Under the pieces are notes generated by a model. That model made no database searches. It had not been told where the DNA came from and saw only the letters and a program-made list of their open reading frames with translations. Shown one piece after another: positions 11,450 through 18,988 of a DNA stretch of 64,000 nt (the stretch's first letter is position 1; each line of letters begins with the position of its first letter). The translations under genes and the position numbers were made by a program. The DNA lies in the NCBI GenBank assembly GCA_020724925.1, contig DYGC01000002.1, forward strand, positions 2,201 to 66,200, read 5' to 3'. This stretch comes from Candidatus Paceibacter sp. Its GTDB lineage: Bacteria; Patescibacteriota; Patescibacteriia; DYGC01.

Positions 11450-12130
11450 ATGTTAAATTTTAAAAACAATATTGCAAAAGTTGAGGGTTGGCTTACTGAA
11501 GCTGAAGGGATTTTTCTTTACGAAACTGCAAAAAAAGTGAGACCCGGGAATGCAATTTTGGAAATCGGATCGTGGAAAGGGAAATCGACAATTTGTCTTG
11601 GTAAAGGCACGCAACAAGGTAATGAAGTTCAGGTTTATGCGGTTGACCCACATATTGGTTCATCAGAGCATCAAAAAATGTTTGGTAAAGTCGATACGTA
11701 TCAAGAATTTTTGCAGAACATCAAAAATGCTGGAGTGGAAAAATATGTTGAGCCAATTCGTAAAACATCAGAAGAAGCATCAAAAAATATCCGGAAATCG
11801 ATAGGATTTCTGTTTGTTGATGGGGCTCACGAATACAAATTTGTAAATCTTGATTATAAATTATGGTTTGCAAAGGTTGTTGATCAAGGAGTGGTAGCAT
11901 TTCATGATTCGTGGCATTTCCCCGGGCCGCACCTAGTTACTGCCAAAATGTTGCTTTTTTCATCGGCAATCAAAAATCCACAATTGATTGATACAATAAC
12001 TTCATTTACAAAGGTAAATAAAAATTCCTTTTTTGATAGGATCTATAATATCGGTTTCCTCTTTTTTAGATTAATATTTGGGTTTTATGGATTTCTCAAA
12101 TTGAAATATAAAGGATCGGTAATCAAATAA
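11450..12130 (+). CDS. class I SAM-dependent methyltransferase (Methyltransf_24-like)
   Basis: AILEIGSWKGKSTICL (motif I), VYAVDPH, FLFVDGAHEY. Track start 11354 is GTG and overlaps the previous gene; the ATG at 11450 (MLNFKNN...) is more plausible. Confidence 0.7.
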   Translation: MLNFKNNIAKVEGWLTEAEGIFLYETAKKVRPGNAILEIGSWKGKSTICLGKGTQQGNEVQVYAVDPHIGSSEHQKMFGKVDTYQEFLQNIKNAGVEKYVEPIRKTSEEASKNIRKSIGFLFVDGAHEYKFVNLDYKLWFAKVVDQGVVAFHDSWHFPGPHLVTAKMLLFSSAIKNPQLIDTITSFTKVNKNSFFDRIYNIGFLFFRLIFGFYGFLKLKYKGSVIK

Positions 12131-12159
12131 TAAGAAGTAATAGTTGGGGGTTTATATAA

Positions 12160-12705
12160 TTATTTGATCTCAATATCAGATTGCAAATTCGGTTTGGCAA
12201 ATTCCGGACGAGTGTTTAAAATGATATTTAAAATAGTCGCTAATTTTTTATCATCTATTGGTCTAATCGCCGGCTCGCCGCTTGCTCTTTTGAAATAAAT
12301 CGCCAAATCCGGGCCATCGGCTGCTAAATCAAAGGAAGTTAAATTACCATTAGAAATATCTTTGAAATGTTCTTTTGTTATGCCATAAGCCTCCAGTAAT
12401 TGTTTGTCATTATTTTTTTCAATCACTACATCAACTCGGGTGATGTTTTCTCCATGAACAATGATTTCAGCCACAAATTCTTTCAGTTTATTTTTGAAAT
12501 TCTTGTTGTTTATTAATTTTAAAGCAAGCGGATGAGCATTTTCCGGGAGAATATTTATTTTTTTTCTGGGTGGTTTTTTTTCCTGTTTTGACTTGTCGTT
12601 GGTTCCATGCTTAATTTTTTCTACCACTCCCTCTTTTTCCGGTTTTTCATGACTTTCCGCTTGTTGTTGAAAGAATCTTTCCCAATTGTGTTCACTGACA
12701 GGCAT
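12160..12705 (-). CDS. hypothetical protein
   Basis: 181-aa ORF 26 nt downstream of ppa on the same strand. Lys/Glu-rich N-terminal third. No motif recognised. Confidence 0.55.
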   Translation of the reverse strand: MPVSEHNWERFFQQQAESHEKPEKEGVVEKIKHGTNDKSKQEKKPPRKKINILPENAHPLALKLINNKNFKNKLKEFVAEIIVHGENITRVDVVIEKNNDKQLLEAYGITKEHFKDISNGNLTSFDLAADGPDLAIYFKRASGEPAIRPIDDKKLATILNIILNTRPEFAKPNLQSDIEIK

Positions 12706-12731
12706 AATTTAATTTTTATTTGATTAAAATT

Positions 12732-13271
12732 TTATTTTCCAAATTGCTTCTTATACATTCTCATCGCTTTTTGAATGACCGCCATGGCGGCTTTTTTGTT
12801 TTTAAAACCCTTGATTTCCACTTGGTGTTTGTCGCCTTTCAGTTCTTTATATGTTTCAAAAAAATGAATGTATTCTTTTAAGGTGTGCTTGTTCAAATCT
12901 TTGACATCTAAAGTATCGGTCCAGCGCAAATCTTTGACCGGCACGCCGATCACTTTAAAGTCCGATTGCCCGTCATCATACATTTCCAAGAGGGCCACCG
13001 GCCGCACATTTACCAAAACTCCCGGGTGGAGCGGATAAGTGGTGATGACAATCACGTCCAGTGCGTCGCCGTCTTCCCATAAGGTTTGCGGAATGAAACC
13101 ATAATCAAACGGGTAGGGCGCGGAGCTGTAGTTGGCGCGGTCCAAGGCGATTAGCCCGGTTTTCTTGTCAATTTCATATTTATTGTTGCCGCCGCAAGGA
13201 ATCTCAATGATACAATTGAATTGTTCCGGCGTTTTGTTGCCGATTTCAATGTCGTGCCAATAATGGGGCAT
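12732..13271 (-). CDS. ppa: inorganic pyrophosphatase, family I
   Basis: YEIDKKTGLIALDR, YGFIPQTLWEDGDALDVIV, DDGQSDFKVIGVPVKD: canonical family I PPase acidic active-site blocks. 179 aa. Confidence 0.92.
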   Translation of the reverse strand: MPHYWHDIEIGNKTPEQFNCIIEIPCGGNNKYEIDKKTGLIALDRANYSSAPYPFDYGFIPQTLWEDGDALDVIVITTYPLHPGVLVNVRPVALLEMYDDGQSDFKVIGVPVKDLRWTDTLDVKDLNKHTLKEYIHFFETYKELKGDKHQVEIKGFKNKKAAMAVIQKAMRMYKKQFGK

Positions 13272-13404
13272 AAGTTTGTATTTAAATTCTTAAAGCTTAC
13301 TTTTATTGTATTATATTGTGCGAAATTGGGCAAATTATGGACGCGTTTTCATTTTATTGTTATTATTGTGATATAAAACATCAACTAATTTAATAAACCA
13401 TAAT

Positions 13405-13893
13405 ATGAAAAAAACAATTTTATTTTTCGGGTTGGGGATGTTGTTTGTTTTAACGGCTTGCCAAAATCCTTTAGCTGGTCAGTCGGAAAAAACAACGCCA
13501 GTGACGACGCTCGATGCTGTCGAAAATGAACAGAGTCTTGGCATGGCGAATCCGGCTTCGGTCAATTGTCTTGAACAAGGTGGAACTTTGGAAATTCGGC
13601 AAAATAAATTAGGAGAATATGGAGTGTGTTTGTTTGAAGATAACCGTCAATGTGAAGAATGGGCGTTATTGCGCGGTGAATGTCCGGTCGGAGGGCGTAA
13701 GATTACCGGTTATGATAATGAAGCGGAAATTTATTGTGCCATTACCGGTGGTCAAGTTGAAGGTGTTGGCACTGACACTCCCATGTGTAAACGCGTGGAT
13801 GGCACCTATTGTAATGCCCAAGCTAATTTTGATGGCGATTGCCCAGATCCACATGATCCCAACCCAAGTGCCGGCAATGTGGAAACGGAATAA
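13405..13893 (+). CDS. DUF333 domain lipoprotein (putative hemolysin family)
   Basis: Lipobox LFVLTAC. ANPASVNCLEQGGTLEIRQNKLGEYGVCLFEDNRQCEEWALLRGEC is the DUF333 signature. Second Cys-rich half. Confidence 0.75.
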   Translation: MKKTILFFGLGMLFVLTACQNPLAGQSEKTTPVTTLDAVENEQSLGMANPASVNCLEQGGTLEIRQNKLGEYGVCLFEDNRQCEEWALLRGECPVGGRKITGYDNEAEIYCAITGGQVEGVGTDTPMCKRVDGTYCNAQANFDGDCPDPHDPNPSAGNVETE

Positions 13894-13900
13894 AATTTCT

Positions 13901-14932
13901 CTAAAACAAATCCTTGCACGGAAACAGCAAAACCTCGTTAATATCTTTTTTGTCTAAAAATAACATTGCCAAGCGACTCACGCCCAAGGCCACCCCCCCG
14001 CTCGGTGGTATCTCAGAGCGTAGGGCTTCGATAAAATCCTGATCAATGGCGATTTTTGTTTTTCCCAAAGACACTCTAAATTCCTGTTCTTCTTCTAAAC
14101 GTGCCAGTTGTTCCTCGGCGTTGAGCAGTTCGGAAAAGCCGTTCGCCAATTCCAAACCGTTGATGTAGGCCTCAAAACGTTCGGCATACCAGTCGTCATC
14201 AGCTTTGATTTTTGCCAATGCGGCCATGGATTTGGGGTAGTCATACAAGAATGTCAGTTTGCCCTCACCCAAAAACGGTTCCACTTCATTGAGGAATATC
14301 GCGAAAAAATGATCATCCCAGGGGGCATTTTCTGCCAATTTATAACCTTTTTCCTGCGTGATTTTTTGAATTTGCACCAAGTCACGGCAAGCATCAATAT
14401 CCACGTGGGCGTATTTAATCATCGCTTCTTTAATGCTCAAATATTCCACTTGGCTCAGATCAATGCTTTTATTTTGATAAGTAAATTTCAAACTGTTAAA
14501 CAATTTTTGACTGATATTTTGTAAAAGATTAGCCATTTCCGCCATGATTACTTTGTAATCGGCGTTGGTTTGGTACCATTCCAACATTAAAAATTCCAAA
14601 TTGTGTCGACCGCCGAAATTTTCCTCATTACGAAAACACGGCGTGATTTGGTAGATTTTTGATAAACCGCCGGCCAATAATTTTTTCATGGAGTATTCCG
14701 GAGAAGTAATCAGATAAGCGGGGAAGTTTTGTCCCTGAACATTTTTGGCAGTGGTTTCAAAAGGTGTCAGATAAGGTTCCATGCCGGGATGGGCCACCAA
14801 AATCGGGGTGTAAACTTCCAAATAATCACGTTTATTGAAAAATTCCCGAATCGTATCATTGATTTGGTTAACTTGTTTGATGGTTTTGACGGCTTCGGCC
14901 GGATTTTTTCGAATTTTTTGCCAGTTTTTCAT
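13901..14932 (-). CDS. epmA: EF-P lysine aminoacylase (LysRS-like catalytic core without anticodon-binding domain)
   Basis: YLITSPEYSMKKLLAGGLSKIYQITPCFRNEENFGGRHNLEFLMLEWY and GGVALGVSRLAML are class II LysRS/EpmA motifs. Size 343 aa with no N-terminal OB domain. Confidence 0.8.
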   Translation of the reverse strand: MKNWQKIRKNPAEAVKTIKQVNQINDTIREFFNKRDYLEVYTPILVAHPGMEPYLTPFETTAKNVQGQNFPAYLITSPEYSMKKLLAGGLSKIYQITPCFRNEENFGGRHNLEFLMLEWYQTNADYKVIMAEMANLLQNISQKLFNSLKFTYQNKSIDLSQVEYLSIKEAMIKYAHVDIDACRDLVQIQKITQEKGYKLAENAPWDDHFFAIFLNEVEPFLGEGKLTFLYDYPKSMAALAKIKADDDWYAERFEAYINGLELANGFSELLNAEEQLARLEEEQEFRVSLGKTKIAIDQDFIEALRSEIPPSGGVALGVSRLAMLFLDKKDINEVLLFPCKDLF

Positions 14933-14975
14933 AGGGGGGTGGGTTGTAATTGGTAGATGTTATGTTGTGCCGAAT

Positions 14976-15006
14976 CCGTAGGGGCGTATTCGATACGCCC
15001 CTACGG
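14976..15006. repeat. perfect palindromic hairpin repeat, GTAGGGGCG family
   Basis: CCGTAGGGGCGTAT-TCG-ATACGCCCCTACGG, 14-bp perfect stem. Sits 44 nt beyond the 5' end of epmA. Related copies at 6965, 19051, 19162, 35932, 40375, 40468, 50687 and 63903. Confidence 0.85.
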
Positions 15007-15094
15007 TTAATATTAATATTGTTTTATGTATTTTTTATATATTATCACTTTTTTGTTTAATCGCAATACGATTTATATATAAATTATATTTTTT

Positions 15095-15118
15095 AAGGGC
15101 AAATGACAATTTGCCCTT
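15095..15118. repeat. palindromic hairpin, variant of GGGCGAATGACAATTCGCCC family
   Basis: AAGGGCAAAT-GACA-ATTTGCCCTT; same loop (GACA) and architecture as GGGCGAATGACAATTCGCCC at 19166 and 40472. Confidence 0.7.
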
Positions 15119-15147
15119 TTGTCCATACAAAAGGTAGCAATTAAATT

Positions 15148-15202
15148 CCTGTGGATAACCCAGCAAAATTTTACCTTGATTTTATATTAAATATGCTATA
15201 AT
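15148..15202 (+). promoter_or_regulatory. 55-nt promoter module: CCTGTGGATAAC block plus extended -10 TGCTATAAT (copy 1 of 3)
   Basis: CCTGTGGATAACCCAGCAAAATTTTACC...TGCTATAAT. TGTGGATAA (15150-15158) is the reverse complement of the DnaA-box consensus TTATCCACA. Distance from block start to TGCTATAAT is 46 nt, identical in the copies at 50613 and 52618. Sits 27 nt upstream of the 15229 start. Confidence 0.65.
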
Positions 15203-15228
15203 TAGCATATCATAGGAAAGGTAGGTGG

Positions 15229-16332
15229 ATGATGCGTTATTTTTCCGTTTTTTGCACGGTCGCTTATATTTTTGTGGCTTGCCACAGTGACAGCAAGCGA
15301 GAAGTCCCGCCACGTGAAGATTGTGCCAATGATCTTGACGATGATGGCGATGGCTATGTCGATTGCGATGATTATGATTGTGCTTGGTCAAGCATTTGTC
15401 AGCCGGCAGTTGAGCTTTGCAATAATGGTCTTGACGATGATGGTGACCAAATGGTTGATTGTCAGGATTATGATTGTGCCGAAAATACTGTTTGCCAAAG
15501 CGTTGAACCGGTTTGTGGCAATGGTATTTTGGAGTATGGCGAGCAGTGCGACAGTTGGAATCTAGATGATTATGATTGTTGGTCCCTGGGTTATAGTGGC
15601 GGGACCTTGCATTGTACGGCCCAGTGTACTTTTACAGTGAGCTCTTGTTTTCAATGCAATAATGGCCAGTGTGAGATGGGCGAAAATGAAGTTAATTGTC
15701 CGGAAGACTGTGACGAGCCGTCCCTGTGTGGTAATGGCGTGATTGATTCTGGTGAAGAATGTGACGCCTCGAACTTACAGGGTCTAACGTGTCGCAACAT
15801 GGCGGCGGGTTATACGGGTGGAATTTTACGTTGCGCCAGTTATTGCCTGTATGATGTCAGCGCCTGTTATTATTGCGGTAATGGTCATTGCGAGTCCGGA
15901 GAAAATGTTACCAATTGTCTGGTCGATTGCCAGTATTTAAGAAATTGTGGCAACGATCTGTGTGAAGCCGGCGAAACTACCCTTAATTGTCCGAGTGATT
16001 GTCAGGGTAGCACGGGTAATTGTGGTAATGCCATCATTGATTCCGGAGAAAGCTGTGATGGTGCCAACCTGGGTGGCCAAAACTGCGTTTCTTTGGGCTA
16101 TGATTATGGCACCTTGTCTTGTGCCAGTAATTGCCAATTCAATTTGGCAAATTGCGTTAATACCAGTGGTGGGGAAATTTGTGATAATGGTATTGATGAT
16201 AATGGCAATCAGGCGATTGATTGTGCCGATGATGCTTGTTTTGATGATCCGGTTTGCCGTATTACGATGTGCGGCGATGGTTATTGCGACCCCGGAGAAA
16301 CACATAGCGATTGTCCGGCAGATTGTCCTTGA
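15229..16332 (+). CDS. secreted modular cysteine-rich repeat protein
   Basis: N-terminal signal/lipobox-like FVACHS. Three module types recur: CxNxLDDDGDxxVDCxDYDC (x3); CGNGxxxxGExCDxxNL...GYxGGxLxC (x3, resembles the myxococcal Cys-rich repeat); CGNGxCExGExxxNCxxDC (x4). Confidence 0.85.
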   Translation: MMRYFSVFCTVAYIFVACHSDSKREVPPREDCANDLDDDGDGYVDCDDYDCAWSSICQPAVELCNNGLDDDGDQMVDCQDYDCAENTVCQSVEPVCGNGILEYGEQCDSWNLDDYDCWSLGYSGGTLHCTAQCTFTVSSCFQCNNGQCEMGENEVNCPEDCDEPSLCGNGVIDSGEECDASNLQGLTCRNMAAGYTGGILRCASYCLYDVSACYYCGNGHCESGENVTNCLVDCQYLRNCGNDLCEAGETTLNCPSDCQGSTGNCGNAIIDSGESCDGANLGGQNCVSLGYDYGTLSCASNCQFNLANCVNTSGGEICDNGIDDNGNQAIDCADDACFDDPVCRITMCGDGYCDPGETHSDCPADCP

Positions 16333-16341
16333 TTTTTCAGC

Positions 16342-16371
16342 AAATCGTCGGTTTTTCGGCGATTTTTTTTT
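16342..16371 (+). terminator. Rho-independent terminator
   Basis: AATCGTCG-GTTTTT-CGGCGATT stem (one G-U) followed by a run of 9 T. Begins 10 nt after the stop at 16332. Confidence 0.7.
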
Positions 16372-16375
16372 AACG

Positions 16376-16404
16376 TTGACATTTGTTAAAAATTTCGTTA
16401 TCAT
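16376..16404 (+). promoter_or_regulatory. sigma70-type promoter for tRNA-Thr / rpmG
   Basis: TTGACA (16376-16381), 17-nt spacer, TATCAT (16399-16404). tRNA starts 23 nt downstream. Confidence 0.7.
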
Positions 16405-16426
16405 AGCGTTATTGTATGGAATCCAA

Positions 16427-16499
16427 GCCGTTTTAGCTCAGATGGTAGAGCGCATCCATGGTAAGGATGAGGTCCCGAGTTCGATCCTCGGAAACGGCT
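16427..16499 (+). tRNA. tRNA-Thr (anticodon GGU)
   Basis: Manual cloverleaf: acceptor GCCGTTT/AAACGGC, D-arm GCTC-AGATGGTA-GAGC, anticodon arm CATCC-AT GGT AA-GGATG, variable AGGTC, T-arm CCGAG-TTCGATC-CTCGG, discriminator T. No encoded CCA. Confidence 0.9.
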
Positions 16500-16536
16500 C
16501 TCTTATTTAAGAAATCTAATTTTTAATAAGATATTT

Positions 16537-16701
16537 ATGCCTTCTAAAGAACGAGAATTCCGGGTTAAATTGGAATGTACCGAATGTAAGAAAGTCAATT
16601 ACTATACCCGAAAGAACAAAAAAACGATTAAAGATCGTTTGGAAATCAGTAAGTTTTGCGAACATTGTCGTAAACATACTGCCCATAAGGAAACCAAATA
16701 A
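16537..16701 (+). CDS. rpmG: 50S ribosomal protein L33
   Basis: 54-aa ORF absent from the track (under 60 aa): [54 protein letters not shown]. CxxC...CxxC zinc-ribbon form of L33 with typical YxTxKNK and K(F/Y)C..C..HT.HKE blocks. Confidence 0.9.
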   Translation: MPSKEREFRVKLECTECKKVNYYTRKNKKTIKDRLEISKFCEHCRKHTAHKETK

Positions 16702-16768
16702 CTTTGTTTCCCAAAAAAGCTGTGATGTGTTATAATACCATCACAGCTTTTTGTTTATAAAAACAAAT

Positions 16769-17926
16769 ATGAAAAAAATAAATTATTTAGGTGAAGTTTT
16801 CTTTTTTGTTTGTTTACTGGGAATTTTGTATTTGTGGTATGTGATTTATAAACCGTTTTTAGGAATTTTCTTGATTTCCGCCGCCATCACGTCCATCTTT
16901 TATCCGGCGTATTTGGGAATCATGCAAAAAAGTAAGCGAATTGGTCCGTCTTTGGCGTCATTGTTGATGGTTTTGGCGATTTCTTTTATCGTGATAATTC
17001 CTTTGATTTTATTTTTGTTATATTTGTCGACGCAGGTCGGTAGTTTCTATGATTGGTTGATGAAGATTTTTGATAGCGGATTTTTGACAGTTTGGGTGGA
17101 TAAATTTAATTTATTTATTTCTCGTTTTTTCTCTTTTTCATTAAATGAGGAAACTGTTATAACGTATTTCACTAATATTGGGAGTGGTTTGAATCAGTGG
17201 TTGATATCCGCCACCAGTTCCATTATCAACAATGCTTTTCAAATGGTAACCAGCTTTTTGTTTTTAATAGTTTGTTTGTTTTTTATGTTTCGCGATGGCA
17301 AGAAGATTTTGGTGCGGATTATGCAGTGGACGCCTTTACATGATCGTTATGATTTGGAAATTTATAAGAAGTTTCAAGAAGTCAGTTATGCTGCTTTTTT
17401 GGCAACGTTCGTGACGGCGGTGGCCCAGGCCGTGGTCGCTTCAGTGGCCTATGCGATTGTCGGTTTGCCGGTTTTGTTCTTGGGTTTGGCGACGGCGGTT
17501 GCTTCCATTATTCCGTTATTTGGTACGGTCTTGGTTTGGGGTCCGATTGCTTTATATTTTATGTTTATCGGGGCATGGGGAAAAGCGATTTTCTTGGTTT
17601 TGTGGGGTTCAATCGTGATTGGTTTGGTGGATAATGTCTTGCGTCCGTGGGTGATGAAAGGCCATACCAATATTCATCCTTTTATTTTGTTCTTTGGCAT
17701 TTTGGGGGGCATAGTTACTTTCGGTTTCTGGGGAATTATTTATGGTCCGTTGATTATTGCCATCGGTTTGACGTTTTTGCATATTTATTCGTTAGAGTAT
17801 AGCCAGTTTATTTTCAGCAATCGCTTTTTGATGTCACAGCAGGAAAAAATCACATTGGAAGCGTTGCAGGAAAAGGTTGGTAAAGTGGAAAGAAAAACCG
17901 GGCGGAAAAAAATTAATAAAGCTTAA
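16769..17926 (+). CDS. AI-2E family transporter (PerM/YhhT-like permease)
   Basis: About 8 predicted TM segments. Central FRDGKKILVRIMQWTP loop and C-terminal GLPVLFLGLATAVASIIPLFGTVLVWGP ... LVDNVLRPWVM are typical of AI-2E/UPF0118. Track start 16751 is TTG; ATG at 16769. Confidence 0.8.
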   Translation: MKKINYLGEVFFFVCLLGILYLWYVIYKPFLGIFLISAAITSIFYPAYLGIMQKSKRIGPSLASLLMVLAISFIVIIPLILFLLYLSTQVGSFYDWLMKIFDSGFLTVWVDKFNLFISRFFSFSLNEETVITYFTNIGSGLNQWLISATSSIINNAFQMVTSFLFLIVCLFFMFRDGKKILVRIMQWTPLHDRYDLEIYKKFQEVSYAAFLATFVTAVAQAVVASVAYAIVGLPVLFLGLATAVASIIPLFGTVLVWGPIALYFMFIGAWGKAIFLVLWGSIVIGLVDNVLRPWVMKGHTNIHPFILFFGILGGIVTFGFWGIIYGPLIIAIGLTFLHIYSLEYSQFIFSNRFLMSQQEKITLEALQEKVGKVERKTGRKKINKA

Positions 17927-17942
17927 TTTTAAAATACTTGTT

Positions 17943-18410
17943 ATGAACAAATTTTCCTGGTTTTTTATTGCTTTGATGATTTTTAGTTTTTCTGCGTGTA
18001 GTTTTTCAAAAGTACCTGCCCCAAACCCCGAAGCACTGCCTCCGGCCACGAACGTGCCAAGTGGTGAAGCGCCAAATATTCCTGAAGAATTAATGCCTCA
18101 GCCACCGGTGGATGGTGTTGCACCAGGTGGTTTTCCGGTGGGCGGAGGGGCACCGGCAGTAAATAATCCTCCGTTGAACGAAGCCCCGATCGCTTGCACC
18201 ATGGACGCTAAGATTTGTCCGGATGGCTCAGCTGTTGGTCGTACTGCACCGGATTGTGAGTTTGCACCGTGCCCAGGGGGGTCTGCTCAAAAATGTGATT
18301 CTTGTCCGATGTTATCTCAGCCATCACCAAGTTTTTGTGAAGGTGGAATAGTTGTTGAAGGGGAAACTACCGAATGCGGTTGTCAGGGAGTACCAAAATG
18401 TTTGAAATAA
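17943..18410 (+). CDS. lipoprotein with Pro-rich linker and Cys-rich C-terminal domain
   Basis: ATG at 17943 gives MNKFSWFFIALMIFSFSAC (lipobox). The upstream part of the track ORF overlaps the previous gene. Pro/Gly-rich spacer, then CTMDAKICPDGSAVGRTAPDCEFAPCPGG and further Cys pairs. Confidence 0.7.
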   Translation: MNKFSWFFIALMIFSFSACSFSKVPAPNPEALPPATNVPSGEAPNIPEELMPQPPVDGVAPGGFPVGGGAPAVNNPPLNEAPIACTMDAKICPDGSAVGRTAPDCEFAPCPGGSAQKCDSCPMLSQPSPSFCEGGIVVEGETTECGCQGVPKCLK

Positions 18411-18525
18411 ATTTTTTTTAGGAAAACAAAACTAGAACAAAAAAGTAGAACAAAGATTTCTACTTTTTTTGTTTGGCGGTAAAATGAAAATAATTTAAAA
18501 ATTTATTATTCATAATTTCGCTTGT

Positions 18526-18987
18526 ATGGATTACAAACAACTAAACATGCCGGCCATGAAGATCGTCGGTGTCGGGGTGGACACGAACGTGGAAAATTCC
18601 GCCAAAGATTGTTATCCGGCGTGGTTGACTTTTATGGCTTTGGAAAAAACCGTGCCTAACGCTTTATTCAACAAGAAATTGTATGGCGTTTCCGTTCATT
18701 ACAATGTGCAGGCGTGCACTTTTCATTACGTGGCCGGGATTGAGGTGCGTGATTTTGCCAAAACCTTGCCGGCGGGTTTAGAGAAGTTGGAATTGCCACC
18801 GGCGCATTATTTGGTTTTCACTCATAAAGGAACATTGGATAAGTTGGGGCAGACTTATGGTAAGATTATGGAAGAAATCGCCAAAACCGGAAAAACCCAA
18901 GGTGATTTTTGGGTGGAATATTATGATGAACGTTGGAAAAATAACAGTGATGATTCAGAGTTTGATATTTGGGTACCAGTGGTTTAG
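18526..18987 (+). CDS. GyrI-like small-molecule-binding domain protein (AraC effector-binding-domain fold)
   Basis: MKIVGVGVDTN...YGVSVHYN...FHYVAGIEV...LPPAHYLVFTHKG...YGKIMEEI...WVEYYDERW...FDIWVPV follows the duplicated beta-alpha-beta-beta GyrI-like pattern. Confidence 0.7.
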   Translation: MDYKQLNMPAMKIVGVGVDTNVENSAKDCYPAWLTFMALEKTVPNALFNKKLYGVSVHYNVQACTFHYVAGIEVRDFAKTLPAGLEKLELPPAHYLVFTHKGTLDKLGQTYGKIMEEIAKTGKTQGDFWVEYYDERWKNNSDDSEFDIWVPVV

Positions 18988-18988
18988 G

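Noticed and set aside
15150-15158. DnaA boxes as a sign of a replication origin
   Set aside because: The three perfect TGTGGATAA 9-mers are single boxes tens of kb apart, each embedded in the same promoter module. There is no box cluster, no AT-rich unwinding element adjacent to clustered boxes, and no dnaA/dnaN nearby.
15937-16510. 155-aa (-) and 187-aa (+) ORFs overlapping the Cys-rich protein gene and tRNA-Thr
   Set aside because: Alternative frames of a repetitive Cys-codon-rich gene. The + ORF reads straight through the terminator, the promoter and the tRNA-Thr gene.
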